A stretch of DNA of 64,000 nucleotides, from NCBI GenBank assembly GCA_036630325.1, contig CP142727.1:496001-560000 (forward strand), given 5' to 3'. This DNA is from Vairimorpha necatrix. Its lineage: Eukaryota. Every line of letters starts with the position of its first letter. Position 1 is the first letter of the stretch. The notes below the pieces were generated by a model. The model was not told where the DNA came from, searched no databases, and saw nothing but the letters and a program-made list of their open reading frames with translations. Position numbers and translations under genes: made by a program. This document shows positions 43,699 to 58,000 of this stretch, one piece after another.

Positions 43699-44380
43699 AT
43701 TTATGTTAAACACGAAAATTTTTATTTTTACTGAACTAAAATATTAAATTTTATTCAAGATTGACATTTTAATACTTTAGTGTCACTAATAACTTAACAA
43801 AAGAGAAATAATTTATTCGAATGTAACTCTACAATGCTACGCTCCGATATTCTCTACCTTCTTTCGTTAGTACTCTAGATATTCTCAAGAGTCTTCTCGG
43901 GTTGCCTATTTAAAAAACGCCTTCTTCGGCTATTAATTACAAGCTCCTTCTAGTTTTTCATTTTCTTGGTGAATATGCAGCCAGGTAAGAACATTTGGAC
44001 TATTTGGGGTATTCACTTAAACTAAATCAAGTTCTTTTTGCGATATGTTGTAACGAATAATTATCTGACGGATTTTGCCTAAGTTTTAGCCGACGTTACG
44101 CCCATTTCTATTATCGAAATATTTATCGTGTTTGACTACTTTTACATATATAATTTCCTATATTTTATATTTATACCTGATTAAAAATAATTCAATTTCT
44201 CCCCTACGAATATATGTGCGGAAATTTACTGAATCGTGTGTGTTCAAAATTTTTATTTACATTTTCAGAAAGAATTCTTTGCATAAAAAGGGTATCGACT
44301 TTTTCTTATTTCTTTGTATTATACCATGAGGTTAGAGTTATTTTTTTGCACTTTGTCAAAGATTCAAAATCTTCATTAGT

Positions 44381-47300
44381 TGTGGGATTTATAACACCTA
44401 ACAAATAAATGGTTTACAAGGCGAATACAAGCGAAAACAGGGCAACAAGCGAGGCCCTTGTTCAAGAGAACAGAAAATTATTCAAAGAAGCTAAGAGAGT
44501 AGAAGCGATTATCAGAATGCAAAAAGAAGTAAAAGGATTGACACTGAAGCAGGCGATAAAACAATTAAGTATTGAACTTCAGGATTTTAGGGTGAAGGAT
44601 ACTTTAGACCCCCCCTTTGAAGCGCTTCAATTTTTTTTTCGAACCCCAAAATTGAAGTGCAAAAAAAAAGAGGAGCAAGAAAGGGACAAAAATTTCTTAT
44701 CACTTTAAACATTAAAAATAACAAATAAATATATGCTTTTATACAAAAATTAATTTTAGATTTAGTTATAATAATCATTTGAAGTATTGTGTCTTTTTTC
44801 GCCCTTCTTATTTTTTCAATTTTTTTTAATTGTTGGTTTATTATTAAAGTAGATTTTCTTCAAAAATCTACTTTAATAATAAACTAACAATTAAAATTAT
44901 AAATATTATTTATAAAAGAAAATTTAAATAAATGTTCAACGATCTAAACATATTGTTAAATCAAAAAATTTAATTTAAATATGTTAAGTTATAAAGAATT
45001 ATATAGTTTTATGGTTATAATCTTTTTTTAAATTAAATTTCGTATACAAATATATATTTATTTGGTATTTTTACTGTTTGAAGATGCAAGTAATTTGAGT
45101 ACTAATGATTGCTTCTCCTTTATTTTGCACTTCGTTTTTGGGGTTCAAAATTATAAAGTGAACACTCTCAGAGGGGAGCGTTTTTGTCCCCAATTCTAAA
45201 AAATCAGAAGGGCAAAATTAGCTTATTGGTTTATATTATTGTAAAAACTTGTATTAAAATATAATTGTGTACATAAATATATATTTATTTTGTATTTTTA
45301 ATGTTTAAAGTGATAAGAAATTTTTGTCCCTTTCTTGCTCCTCTTTTTTTTTGCACTTCAATTTTGGGGTTCGAAAAAAAAATTGAAGCGCTTCAAAGGG
45401 GGGGGGTCTAAAGTACCCCACCTCCAGGATTTTATCATTAAAAAAAATTTAATCAGTATGATAAATTTGACTGATATTATTGATAAAATTGGAAAATTAG
45501 TTGTTGAAGAGGAAGAGAATTAGAACAAGGAAAAGATAAGGAGGAGAGAACTGGAAGATATGGTAGAGGTTATGAAAGAAAAATTAAGAAGAGAGATTAA
45601 AGGGAATTGGCCAGGAAGACATTTTCAATATAAAGACGAGAAGAAAAACATTGTTTTGTATGTGGTAAAATTGGAAACAGAGCTAGGAAGTGTTCCCAAC
45701 GTAAAGGAAATGAAAAAGATCAAGTTAATAAAGAAAATAAAAGTTTGGACTATTTGCATGCTAAAAGTGGAAATCAATGTAAAAAAGTAAAAGTAATTTG
45801 ACCATAAAAGAATTGGAAAATAGATATCCCGAGGTATTTAAAATAAGACCAGATGAAAAGATAAAATACTTAACAGGAGAAAAATGTTTAATAAAGACAA
45901 AACAAGGGGAGAAAATAGTAGGAAAAGGGCAAGTTGTTCCCGGAGTATTAAATCAAAGTTTGTTATGTATTTAAAAGATTTGAGAACAAGAGGGATTATT
46001 AGGAAGTCGAAATCTATGTGGCGAAACCCTATTAGGGCCATTAAGAAACCTAATGGAGATGTAAGAATTGTTATTAATTTAATGGGATTGAATGATTTGG
46101 TTGAAAGAGACCCATGTGAGCTGCCAAGAATCAGGAATATTATAAGAGCAACACAAGGCTCTAGAAGTTTTATAGTGCTTGATATTAAAGAAGCATTTAT
46201 TCAAGTAGAAATTGAAGAAACGCATAAATTTTAATCTGCGTCTAAATAAAAGGAATGTATACGAGCGGAATAGCATGGTCATGGGATATAAAAATGCACC
46301 TCAGATTATGCAGAGGACAATGAATAACTTTTTAAACAATTTGAGAGGAAAAGGAGTAGAAGTTTATATGGATGACATTGTTGACATTCGAAGACGTATA
46401 AAGAGCATGATGAGATATCAAAGGAAGTTCTGGGAAATTTAAAATCCATGGGTTAAAAGTAAATAGTAGTAAAGTAAAATATAGGCTGGATGAAGTTAAA
46501 TTATTAGGAGTTAGTGTGAATGGTGATTGCAGAAAACCATCTGAAATTAAGCGTAATGAAGCATTAATATATAAAAGACCGACGAATGTTAGTGAGTTAC
46601 GTAGATTTTTAGGATTGACAGAATGGTTTAGAGAATTTATAGGGAATTATGCTATGATGACAATGTACTTACGGACGCGTTAAAGAAAGATAAAGAATGG
46701 GATTGGACCGATGAAATGAAATGTGAATTTAACGCATTGAAAGATGAATTGAGGAATAAAAAAGAGTTTAAAATTTCAGATTATACAAAAAATATTTCGA
46801 ATGAGAACTGATGCTTTAGACACAGGAATTTGAGCTATATTGTTACAATAAATTAATAAGGTTACTGGGTTCATATTCAGTGGGCTTCTAAAAAGCTGAC
46901 ACCTGCAAAAAAAAATATGGTATTTCAGAAAAAGAATTGTTAGCAGTGTTTTGGGGTATATAAAAGTTTGAATATGATTTAAGAGGTAGAAATTTGAATT
47001 ACAGACAGACCATAAAGCTAAAGAGGTAATGAGATCTAAAGATTGCTTTAATAATATTAGAATAAATCGGTGGATCGAGAAAATTCAAGAGTTCGACCGC
47101 ACAGTTAAATATAATAGAGGTGAAACAATGACAGATGTAGATGCTTTAAGCAGACCTTTCGGGATGACGCAAATAAAGAAAATAGAAAAGAGATTATAAG
47201 AAAACAAATTTTGGGAAAAGAAGTGAAACATAGTAAAGAAAAAAAAAAGAAAAGATATGGGATTTTCCATCTAGACAAACGGCGATAGTTCCAGATACGG

Positions 47301-48293
47301 AAATAAGAGATAAGCTAACTAAGGAAAAACATTTGAAGATAAATCACAGAGGATTAAAAGGTACTTATTATGAGTTGAAAAAGAAATGGTATTGGTTAGG
47401 TATGAATAAAACACAAGTAACATATTGAAAGAATGCGAAACGTTCAGAAGTTTTACAGAAAGAACAGAGGTGAGAAGGAATTAATGCCACCATGAGAACA
47501 GGAGAAAAGTTTGGTCTTGATATCGTGGAAATAGGAGATCCAAAATGCAATGTTCTTGTAGGAATTGACTTTTATACGAGATATGCGTATAGTGTAGTAT
47601 TGGATAGAAGAACTAGTAGTAATGTTATAAAGACATTGGAAAACTGGTTGAAGGAAGAGCGTGTACCAGAAGAGATAATTAGTGACAATGCAAAAGAATT
47701 TGTTAAAAGAATTTGGACGATGGTGTTGTGATAATGAGATACTACCTCATAAGGTAAGTGTTTAAAGTTATGGTAGTAGTGGAAGGATAGAAAGATTAAT
47801 TAAAACTTTGAGAGAAGCTGTACTTAATCAAAGTGAAGATAATTTAGAAGAAAGTGAAGAACGCAATCGATGTATATAACAGAAGGTATCACAGTGGAAT
47901 AAAATGTAGCCCAATCGAAGCAAAAGGTGAAATGTCTAGTTGCGGGAAGTTAAGAACGCTAAATGAGAAAGATGGTGAGTATTCAAAGAAGTTTAATAAG
48001 AGATGAAGAGAACAATTTAAACTGGGAGATAAGGTTCTTGTAGCTAAGAGAGAAAATTTAGCAAGGCGGTTGAAAGATGATAAAGAAAAATACGTAAATG
48101 AGGCAGTAATAATCGAAGGTTGTGAGAATGATTGTACTAATAAACTCTAATGATGGTACGATAAGAAAGAAGAGACATTCGATTTAAAAGGCTGTTCTAA
48201 GGTGGAAAAGGTTCGTAAGGTTTATGTTAATGAGACTAACCGTCTTGAGGAGGGGATGTGGGATTTATAACCCTAATAAATAAATGGTTTACA
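44381..48293 (+). mobile_element. decayed mini-LTR retroelement, family C (related to A), containing a MITE
   Basis: 38/37-bp LTRs at 44381-44418 and 48257-48293 (TGTGGGATTTATAAC..CTAA.AAATAAATGGTTTACA), TSD TTAGT/TTGGT, PPT, and RT (YMDD), RNaseH and integrase remnants with many stops. Confidence 0.92.
44590..45425. mobile_element. Merlin-type MITE inserted in the family C gag
   Basis: TSD AGGATTTTA, ~120-bp TIRs, and an interior homologous (inverted) to 39064-39895. Removal restores IELQDFII. Confidence 0.9.
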
Positions 48294-50307
48294 TTGGTTA
48301 AAAAATGCACTTCTTCCTATTGCTTAACACGGTCGTTCTCTTTTTTTGTTATAAATTACTTTTTTAGTCATATCATCGGTTCTTTGGAAAAAAGATCTTT
48401 CCAACCCTTAATTGATTTTTTTGTGTGATCTTGGGCTTATATTTACTGTCCGTTTATAGCGTCTAACTTATTAACTCGTCCGTTTTTAATTTATGAATTA
48501 TTATTTAAAAGTAAGAACTGCTTTATAGTAGATTAATAGGAATTGACTAGAGTTGTATAACAAAATGATCTCTTTATATAGAATCGTAATTATAAAAAAA
48601 AAATTTTATTTTATTATATAACTTATAAAATCTATTTTAAGATCATTTCATATAATGCCTTAAGTTCAAGGTATATGAAAACTCATTTATTTAAATAAGA
48701 AAAAAAAAATATTATTTATCGAAAATTTTTACAATAGATAAATATGAAACACTAGAAATCGTTTACGAAACAAAGAAATTATGAATGCCAAACGACATAC
48801 TGTGACTTTTTTTTCTTATCTCGCAATAAACATATTAATACAAAATTTAGAAATTACTATATTATATTCAGTTAATAAGCAGAAACTAAAACTATAAAGA
48901 AATACTTTATTATAGTATTTACATTGTGAATTTTTTGAAAAATTTGCAGCAATTAATATTTTGTGTATTATTTATAAATAATTTGCGCCCTACGCTTCGA
49001 ATTTAAATTTCAAACATGTCAAAGATATAAATTAATATTTGTTTTTATATGTCATATATGTTTAGTTGGGTGTCTTAATACCAACTGATTGTAATTTATT
49101 TTTTATCTTGTCGATAATAAAATTTTTCGAAATTTTCTGATAACCTTTTGTGAAGTAAAAAAGAGGGTCAAGTATATTTGCAATAATAAATAAAATTTAT
49201 ATCGTAAAATTTTATTTTTATAAAAGCGTATTTGGAATTCGCCCAAGAATAACGTAATAAAAATATGACACTTTAAGATTGCGCACATTTTTCCTGGGGA
49301 AATATGAAAGTGGGTTGGTATTTTAATTACACATATCTCAAGATTGGGGAATCAAAATAAACATTGTCCTATAAATAAATATTTGAACGCATTAAATTTT
49401 TACGCAATAGGCCGCGACATAGTACGTGTCTTTATATAAGATATTTTATTTTGTGTAAGACAAATAAAATTATATCAAAATGTACAATTAAAAATTCCTA
49501 GATCTAATGTTTAGTAGACGAAAATTATATACTTTTTAATTTGGCTTGTTTGTTCGAAGACTTTTTTTAGAGTAGAGAATTTTTTAAGTCTGGATAAAAT
49601 AGCACAAATTATTCGATAACATTTTTATTTTTGCATGACTTTAATGATAAAATTTAGTTTTATCAGCTTAAACATCAATACATTGACTTATAAAATAATT
49701 ATTATGCTTTAATTTAGTTTGTTGATAAAAACCACATTTTTCTGTGAATAAAAATAGATTAAACGTACATCAGAATTTGCAAGATTCGCCTTTTTTATGC
49801 ATTTACTGCGCAACAAGTTTTTGCTGTTATATCTTTATAGTATTTTTTGTGTTTTTAACATTGATGAAACCTCAGAGATTTATTAATAACTATGTTGAAG
49901 CAAATCAAATTTATTGCTTTTTTTTGTTATATTATCATTTTGTTGTATAGTTTAAGGAAATTAAATTTGGATATAAACACAATAAAGTATGATTAAGTAT
50001 CATGATTTCTAAATAACTTATCTACATTTCCGGACGAGTTCTTAAACATTCGTGTTTTCGTATTGATTGGTCATATGATGTATACTGTTAGTATTGTTTC
50101 GTCATACTTGTTTTTTACATAGTTAAAAATATATCGTTGTTTATGCATTTACCTATTAAAAAATCATACTAAAAAAATTAAATTTATTAAAATTGTGTTT
50201 ATAATCTTTATAAGTATAGTTTACGCTGTTTATAATATATAAATAATATTTTCTTATTGTGACGTCTTTCTAAAAATATATATTAAATGCGATTCCCTTG
50301 AGCCCAT

Positions 50308-51072
50308 ATGATTTTCATTTTTACTTTACCAGTATATTTTTGTCATGTTGAAAATATTGAAACACCCTCTTCAATTATCAATAATGACATTGAAACAAAT
50401 GAAGCATATGAATCATTAAAAGAGAATACATCGGCTTATTCAAAATATGATTTTGATGATTTATTTCCTGGCAAAAATCAAGATATCAATTTGGATAATT
50501 TTAGTATAGTTACCAGAGATATGTTTTCGGTTATTAGTCAACATTCCGATATAAGTGAAAGGTTAAGAAAAATCGTTTCTAAGAATAAAAATCCTGATAA
50601 GTCTTTTATATTTACGCTTTATAATTTATATTTACAAGAATTACATTTAGGATTTCATTATAATTCAAAATGTTCGAATGATTATTCTTATATTAAATCT
50701 TTGTCTAACAATAGTTATAAGCTAATAAAAAAACTGGCCTGTTTAGGAAATTTTAATGATTATCTTGATCGAAAAGGAATTATTAAATACCATATATTCA
50801 AGAGCATTGATTTAAAATATGATGATATTTGTAAAAACAATATTACACAATTATTTAACACTAAGAAATATAAAATGATTGATTCAATGCTTAATCGTTT
50901 ATATGTCAAAGAATTTTTTCGAGATAAAAGATATGTTTTGCCACGTATGAAAACAACAATTAAACCATTCGCACCAGATGACGTAAAAATAGTTTACATG
51001 CCACGTCCACAGGAACCGGAATGTAGAGGATATGGTAGGGTTTGTATTCCTGAAAGCTATTACAATAATTAA
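50308..51072 (+). CDS. lineage-specific putative secreted protein, possible distant paralog of 36042-36863
   Basis: 254 aa with CCC before the ATG and a hydrophobic N-terminus. Weak similarity (IKSLSNNSYKLI vs IEVLAYNSYDII). Confidence 0.7.
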   Translation: MIFIFTLPVYFCHVENIETPSSIINNDIETNEAYESLKENTSAYSKYDFDDLFPGKNQDINLDNFSIVTRDMFSVISQHSDISERLRKIVSKNKNPDKSFIFTLYNLYLQELHLGFHYNSKCSNDYSYIKSLSNNSYKLIKKLACLGNFNDYLDRKGIIKYHIFKSIDLKYDDICKNNITQLFNTKKYKMIDSMLNRLYVKEFFRDKRYVLPRMKTTIKPFAPDDVKIVYMPRPQEPECRGYGRVCIPESYYNN

Positions 51073-51939
51073 ATTGGAATTATCGATTTATTTTTTTTTA
51101 TGCCAAGACTCAACTAGAATTAATTACAAAATTTATTATTTACATTTATTTTACCTTTATTACGAATACCTACTGTTTTAGTTATACTTGTAAAAAATCA
51201 AATTTTTTTTTAATATAGTGTATTTATAACGAATAATAATTAATAATCATCTTTATAGGTATTATAAATACAATCATTTCTAATCTGTTATTTTAACTTT
51301 GATAATAAATCCTTATATCTTATAAATTTGTATAAACAAAAAATTTTAGTTTCTAAATTTTAATTTAACACATTTTTATTGTTTTTGCAAGTTTGTGTTT
51401 TACTATAATATTATTGTATATATAAAATTTTAATTTGCACGTTTTATAATTCTAATCAATATTTTCTAAAACAATAAAGAAACTCATTGTCTCTTATCAA
51501 CAAAAATTATGCACAACAGGCTAGATTTGGTTTTAATAAATAGAAAAGAAAGTGTTTATAATATCAAATGGGAAACCCATTTTTCGAATATCAAAACAGA
51601 AAAGGAAGAAAAAATTAGTATTACATTTTCTCGTCCAAAAAGTGTCTTATTGATCAGGTTAATCACTAATAATACCTTAAGTTTTAAGCTAAACATCTGG
51701 ATACAAAATGATAGAATACATAAAAATTAAAATGCCATACCTAATTTGATTTAAAACTTGATCTAGGGCTATATTAACTTTGCAGAGTATTTTGCGGATT
51801 ATGAAAGGAGTACTCATGTACAGAGGGGGATATCAACGTAAACAAAGCATTAGTATTACTAAGAACCGAAAGATTTGGAATATGTATCAAATATGGAAAA
51901 ATAGAACTATAAGAAACTTTGATATAGATTTAAGTATCA

Positions 51940-52410
51940 AAATAAAGTATACAAGCCTAATATACTAATTGTGGACAAGTTGAAAAAAGGCTGCTCGTTG
52001 TTGAAGTTGGAATCGCAAGCTTTAACAACCTAAATGCGGCAGAAACAGAAAAGAAGCGTAAATACGACTTGCTTGCAAATCATATGGCTTCTCTATATAA
52101 ATATAACTCTAAGTTAAGCCTTATGTGATGACTTATGATGGAATAGTGACTAATTTTCACCGCTCGCATATCAAAGAGCTCCAATTAGAACCCAGAACGG
52201 AAGCATATAAACAGACAAGAGTCCTTGAAATGACTTTAGAAGGTCTAACTATGTCAATCAGACTTGAACTTGATACTGAACAGGAAGGGGTAACCATGGA
52301 CCCAATAAGTGGATTTCGGGAGGAACTCCGGGAACTTTCAGAAGAAATTGTGAGTATAGATTGTGAAAAGTAATTAGTAAGTAAGATATTATATTATACC
52401 CAATTAAAGT
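51940..52410 (+). mobile_element. 3' fragment of a non-LTR retrotransposon with restriction-like endonuclease (R2/R4-type)
   Basis: Hand translation VVEVGIASFNNLNAAETEKKRKYDLLANH fits the PD-(D/E)xK RLE pattern. The 3' UTR is shared with the 53585-54030 copy. Confidence 0.7.
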
Positions 52411-53584
52411 TATTTTAATAAGAAACTTCGCAACAAAAACGTATTTTTTTAAAACATACATAAAGTTTTTTTGTAAATGTTATGCATGTTGTATATAAGA
52501 ACGTGATACACCACCTTTACTGTTTTTAAATGTAAATTCTATAAAAAATTTCATGGATAACTATGTTGCAGAACAAATTATTATGTTTTCATTAAATTTT
52601 TCATTTTTGTATGCTACAGATAAATCAAAAAGTCTTTGATTGTAAAAATATCTATTGATGGATCAGAAAAAAGACAATAATGGAACGAAACATAGAAAAA
52701 TGGTATAAGATAGTCATTATAGAACTTTAAATTAAATGATCTGTCGCAAAGTATAAAATTTAATTTTACATATTTGAAATTTGATTGGTATAATGGAAGT
52801 TTGTTGTTCTACAGTTTAAAAAACAAATACTTAAACCTTTTAAATATATTTTTGTACATGTGAGAATTTCATTTTTATAATATTAATTAATAGATCGACG
52901 TGTAATAGCACAATTACTAAATGATCTGCATAAAACCCCGATCTTTATTATAAAATTATAAGAATAGGAAAAAAAAGTTTATGATTATATCAAAAAAAAA
53001 TTTAAAATGACAATAAACAGGTTAAACAAGTAGAAAGGGCCCTTTTAATTTAAAAACGAATTTATTAGTTTCAGTGGTTGAATATGTAGTGTGTTTCTTC
53101 ACGATTTATACATTTTTATAATTGTTTAACTCGCCGTTTTTCATTGAACTTGCGTGCATAATTTTATAATTAATATTTAAAAAGTTTACGAAAGGATTGT
53201 CTTCATATTTTTGAGATGGAAAATATTTTTATATAATTTTATGCTTAATTATTATAATTTTTATAAATCATTTAGTACTTGCTAAAAGAGTTTTTGTTTA
53301 ATATCTACTAATAATATCATTACATTCATATCGAATCACTTAATCATATGCAGACCATTGACAGTATAGTCGTTGAAAAGAAAGATCATATATAAAATAT
53401 GAGGTAGTAAAAAATACGTCTTTCATTAACACAATTTAGTTTTAAAAAGGCCAGGAATACCCATACGAGACGTTTTTATATTTTTTTGTATGTTTTATAT
53501 GCTTAAATATGATAAATATAATATTTTATTATTTGTCGCTAATGTTTTTTAACAGGAAAAGCTTTTATCTGTACAAATATATAA

Positions 53585-54030
53585 TTTATTTGGGTATAAT
53601 ATTCAGCTTATTAATTACTTTTCACAAGATACGCTTACAGTCTCATCTGGCAGTTCCAGGACTTCCTTCTGAGATTCACTCATTGAGCTCTCGAAGACCC
53701 CTTCCTGATCTGTATCAAGCCCATGTCTGGCTGACATATTTAGGCTTTCTAAAGTCATTTTAAGGTCTCTTGACTATATATATGCTTCCGTTCTGGGTTC
53801 TAATCTGAGCACTTTGATATGCGTACGGTGAAAATTAGTTACTATTCCATCCCACGTCATCACATAAGGAATAATTTTCGGCTTGTATTTGTAGAGAGAA
53901 GCCACGTGATTTGCGAGCAAGTCGTATTTATGTTTCTTTTCTGTTTCTACTACATGGAGGTTGTTAAAACTTGTGATTACAACTTCTACAACGATCACTT
54001 CTTTCCTCAACTTGTCTATTATCTGTACAT
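53585..54030 (-). mobile_element. second 3' RLE non-LTR fragment
   Basis: VVEVVITSFNNLHVVETEKKHKYDLLANH...YVMTWDGIVTNFHR, homologous to 51940-52410. Confidence 0.7.
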
Positions 54031-56212
54031 AATATATATTTATGCATAAAATCGCTATTTATTCTTTGGAATTAATCGAGAAAAACTCTTAAACTTAATT
54101 TAGTAACATCACAAACTTTATATAAGTTGAATTAAAACTTGCAGATTTCTGTACGTTAAAATTCTATAAAATATAATTAAAGAAAGCTTCAATAAATCAA
54201 CTTTGTATTTATCCGATATGTTCGGTTGTCGATTTACAATTACATCCAAATGATTCACGACAAAAATATCAAAAGAAGGTTTTAGCACTGGGGAAATAAT
54301 TATCTTCCAGAACTAATATTTCCCATGATAATTGACATTTAATTCTGGTTTATTCTTTTGTGTTGCGTGATCTAATACATCTTTTAGAAATTACAAGATG
54401 TAATAAAGTACATAATTTTTGAATAAAATGTTAAAAAACTAGTGATGTGCTATTTTAAAGATCTATTTAATGTGTTTATCATAATTAAAATAGTCATTTA
54501 ATCATGACGTACGTTCCTGATCGTTTACGAATATAATGTATATCTCGAATTATGAAATATCTTTACTTAGTTGTTACTTATGTTTTAATAATATTGACGT
54601 ATAAATAAAAATATAAACCTCTATATTATGATCAGAAGTAGAGGTAGTTCATTCTATTATAATGTACGTAAATTACTATATAGGTTGGAAATTTTGGCGG
54701 TCCTAAGAAAGGTCCTCCAATCAAAATTCGAGAAAAAAATGTGTAATAAGCCCTGAGAACTTATATTATTGGTTTATGCAGTAGCTGTCCGCAACTAAAG
54801 GAAAAAAAATTGTCAACGCAATCCATAAAATCTATTATAAGGGCTATGTGTTCAGCAAAATAAATGAAAGTCAAACATTTATATTCTTCCCATAATTTCT
54901 TCTGCGGGTTTTTTTATATTCTTAATAATTTTAACTGCGGCCTCTTTATAACTCTCATGTTTTAAAAAATGGCTCAAATTTTTTTTTGAAATGAACAGTA
55001 AACGTGGCGAATATTGCTTTATTATAACATTTGTATATGTATTGAGCAGGCAAAAACTGAATAATGTAAGCAAATGAGGTCAATGGTCCCGTGTTTTCTT
55101 CTGATATAAAATAAAAAAATATTCACTCATCGCATCAAAAAAATATAAAATATTAGTAGAGCATCAATAAAACCTATATTTTATCATAATAAAATTTTAA
55201 TCGGTTATAAATGCTGTTTTCTCTTTTATATATATATCAAATATTCCTAAATAGTTTTTACATAGCTTTATTTTTAGTCAGAAAACCTTTAACATCAAAA
55301 TTTAAATTAGTCTGTATTTTTTGATAAAAAACAAAATCTATCAGATGCGTATATAATCTTATTTATTTATTCGTCTATTAATATGTTTATAACGTCTTGA
55401 TACACATACCTAAAATATTGTTATTTCCCTAACTTTCACATCTTACGATAAATCTTTATTGTTTCAAAGTATGAAAATAACCTACGATTTTGCCCAGATG
55501 TAATGTTGTATAAATCAAAAATTTTCAAATAAAATTACGTATAAATTAAATTTGAATTTTTAATATTGATATTATGCAAAATACGTAAATTGACGTGATT
55601 AGATAATTATATGTATATTACTGGTCAATAACGTAATATAAAAATAATTGTAGGCAGATGTCGATGTTTAATATATGTAGTTCGAAATTATCAGACTTAT
55701 TATCTCGAGAAGAACCATAAATCGATTACATTAATTTTCTAATGTACATAGCATCTATTTACAAATAAAAATGTGCTAATCATTGTCGCAAAACTCAAAA
55801 AATACAAATAAAATGTTATATTGTTGATTTTTAGTTTTTAAATATATTGGTCTTAAACAAATCATCGAAAATTCATTTAATTGATTTTTTTAGCGTCATT
55901 TTGACGATGTGATATTTGATCACTTCACATCTTATAAAAAACACTATTCCTAAACCTTCAAAACGATATAAATTATAAAAATTTGTTTAGTGAAATTAAA
56001 TGAACGATTTTGATTGGGGTGTTGTTTATAGTCTCGCCTTTAGTCATTTATACCATCAACTATGTGTTTAATTCAATAAATGATGTTATTATTTATATTT
56101 TATAAAACTTTGTGTTTAATATAAAGTTGTTTACATTTCTAAACAGTGTTCTTAACCATCATATATGGCAAAATTAATTAAAAAGTATAAAAACTCATTT
56201 ATAATTACCCTC

Positions 56213-56671
56213 ATGAATATTTTGTTTTTGCTGTTGTTAGGTGTAAGATCGAGTAAAGATAATGATGCTGCTAAGGAAAGGTTGAAAAAACATATGGAAA
56301 AATTAGAAAAGGATCTTGAAAGAGCTAAGCGTGAGTTTGAGCTTGAAGTCCAAAAGGAGGATCGCTTAGGAAAGCAACTTGACAGTATTTCTGTAACTGA
56401 AGGTCCTGAAAGATTTACCTTTGAAGCTCCAATTGAAATTCCTCCTAAGATTCAATTCTTAATGAAACATGCAAAAAATTTATTTATGGGAAGCTATCCA
56501 ACAGATGAAGATTTTAATGAAATTGCTGATATGAAAAGTGAGTTTGTTAAAGTGAAAATAACCTCGCCCATTGAAGTTAAACAATTCATGAAAGATGTTA
56601 TAGATATCTTTGAATCATTTCCCGATAACATCTTTGAAAAAAAGAAAGAAACCAAAACTAGTGGAAACTGA
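56213..56671 (+). CDS. putative secreted protein with N-terminal coiled coil
   Basis: ACCCTCATG start, signal-like MNILFLLLLGVRS, then a K/E-rich helix. Confidence 0.75.
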   Translation: MNILFLLLLGVRSSKDNDAAKERLKKHMEKLEKDLERAKREFELEVQKEDRLGKQLDSISVTEGPERFTFEAPIEIPPKIQFLMKHAKNLFMGSYPTDEDFNEIADMKSEFVKVKITSPIEVKQFMKDVIDIFESFPDNIFEKKKETKTSGN

Positions 56672-57350
56672 CGATGAGTATCATTTAGAAGTTCTAGGGT
56701 AATACTCATTCTCTGAGGAAAACTATTAAGACCTTACTGCTTCTAACTAATATTTTATATTTATTTTTTTGAATTCGTATTCATATATCAATAAATTAAA
56801 ATATTTATTTGAATTAATATTAAAAACTAATATTAAAATAGTTAAATATGTCTACATTATAGCTTTAAGAACAATTTAAATAGTTTTAATATGCTTTATC
56901 AACAAACACTCTTGCACTTAGACTTATAAAGGCAAGAATATAACAGAACAATTTGAGAATTCAGAGAAGAAAGGATCTCACAACCACACAATATAAAGTA
57001 TTTTAATTAAAATACAATTAATATCTATAAAATATATAATTTAAAATCAAAAAAATGTCGCGAATGAAATTTTTTTTTATCATTTATGTAATTTTAATTC
57101 TTTAACTTTCAATGCAGTAATTTATTTTTTGGCCACTTACCTTCAGACATTAATTTAATAAATGTTTAAACATCATAAATAATTTTTTGCAGCTATATTT
57201 ATATTATTTTTTGAAAAATATTAAGTGTAAAAACAAAAACACTATATATTTTTTTTTTTTGCTAATGCGTAATTTTTTTCAAATGTATTATTTTTATATA
57301 TAGGTCAAACAAATGCATATGAAAAAACCAAATTTTGTAGTTGAACATTT

Positions 57351-58000
57351 GGTACATGACCGTTTGGAACCCGCTTTGGGAAAATGAACCCGTTTTGAAA
57401 AATTCAAAAAAAGGGAAAAATAAAAAAAATTATAAAAAAAAGGTACTTAATGATTTATTTTAAATAATGACAGAAGACAATTTATCCGGTGATTTTTGGG
57501 AATTTGAAAAGCCCAGTGGGACTGTAAAAGGTACTCATAGTGTTCATCTTTGTTTATATCTAGATCGAATATCTCTTATTAAATGAGCCAAAACCAACTT
57601 AATCAATGGTATTGTGACTCAGAATCGCTAGAGGTTACAGCATTTATGGAGTGATTCTTAGTACTGTGCTCCATGCCTTTGGTTAGCTAATGTGGCATCA
57701 TATGCTGCCCATTGGTTAGAGATCATAATAGAAACAGGTTATACATTTTCTTGTATTACCTCAAGGAAAAAGCAGTATTTCTACTAGTTACAGAAACGAG
57801 CAAGGCGCACGCCAATTCAGCATCAAATGTTTCCAAAATAAACTTTTCTTTATATTCCATGTATAAATACATTTCATCACTAAAAACCTCATCTGCCTCA
57901 ACAAACATTGTTTTTGCCAATTTTGCCATTTTTTAAAGGGGTCCTAAAAATTTTAAAGCGGGTTCATTTTTCCAAAGCGGGTTCCAAACGGTCATGTACC
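57351..58000 (-). mobile_element. Merlin deletion derivative (650 bp)
   Basis: ~42-bp near-perfect TIRs (GGTACATGACCGTTTGGAACCCGCTTTGG...) and a perfect 8-bp TSD GAACATTT. Confidence 0.9.
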
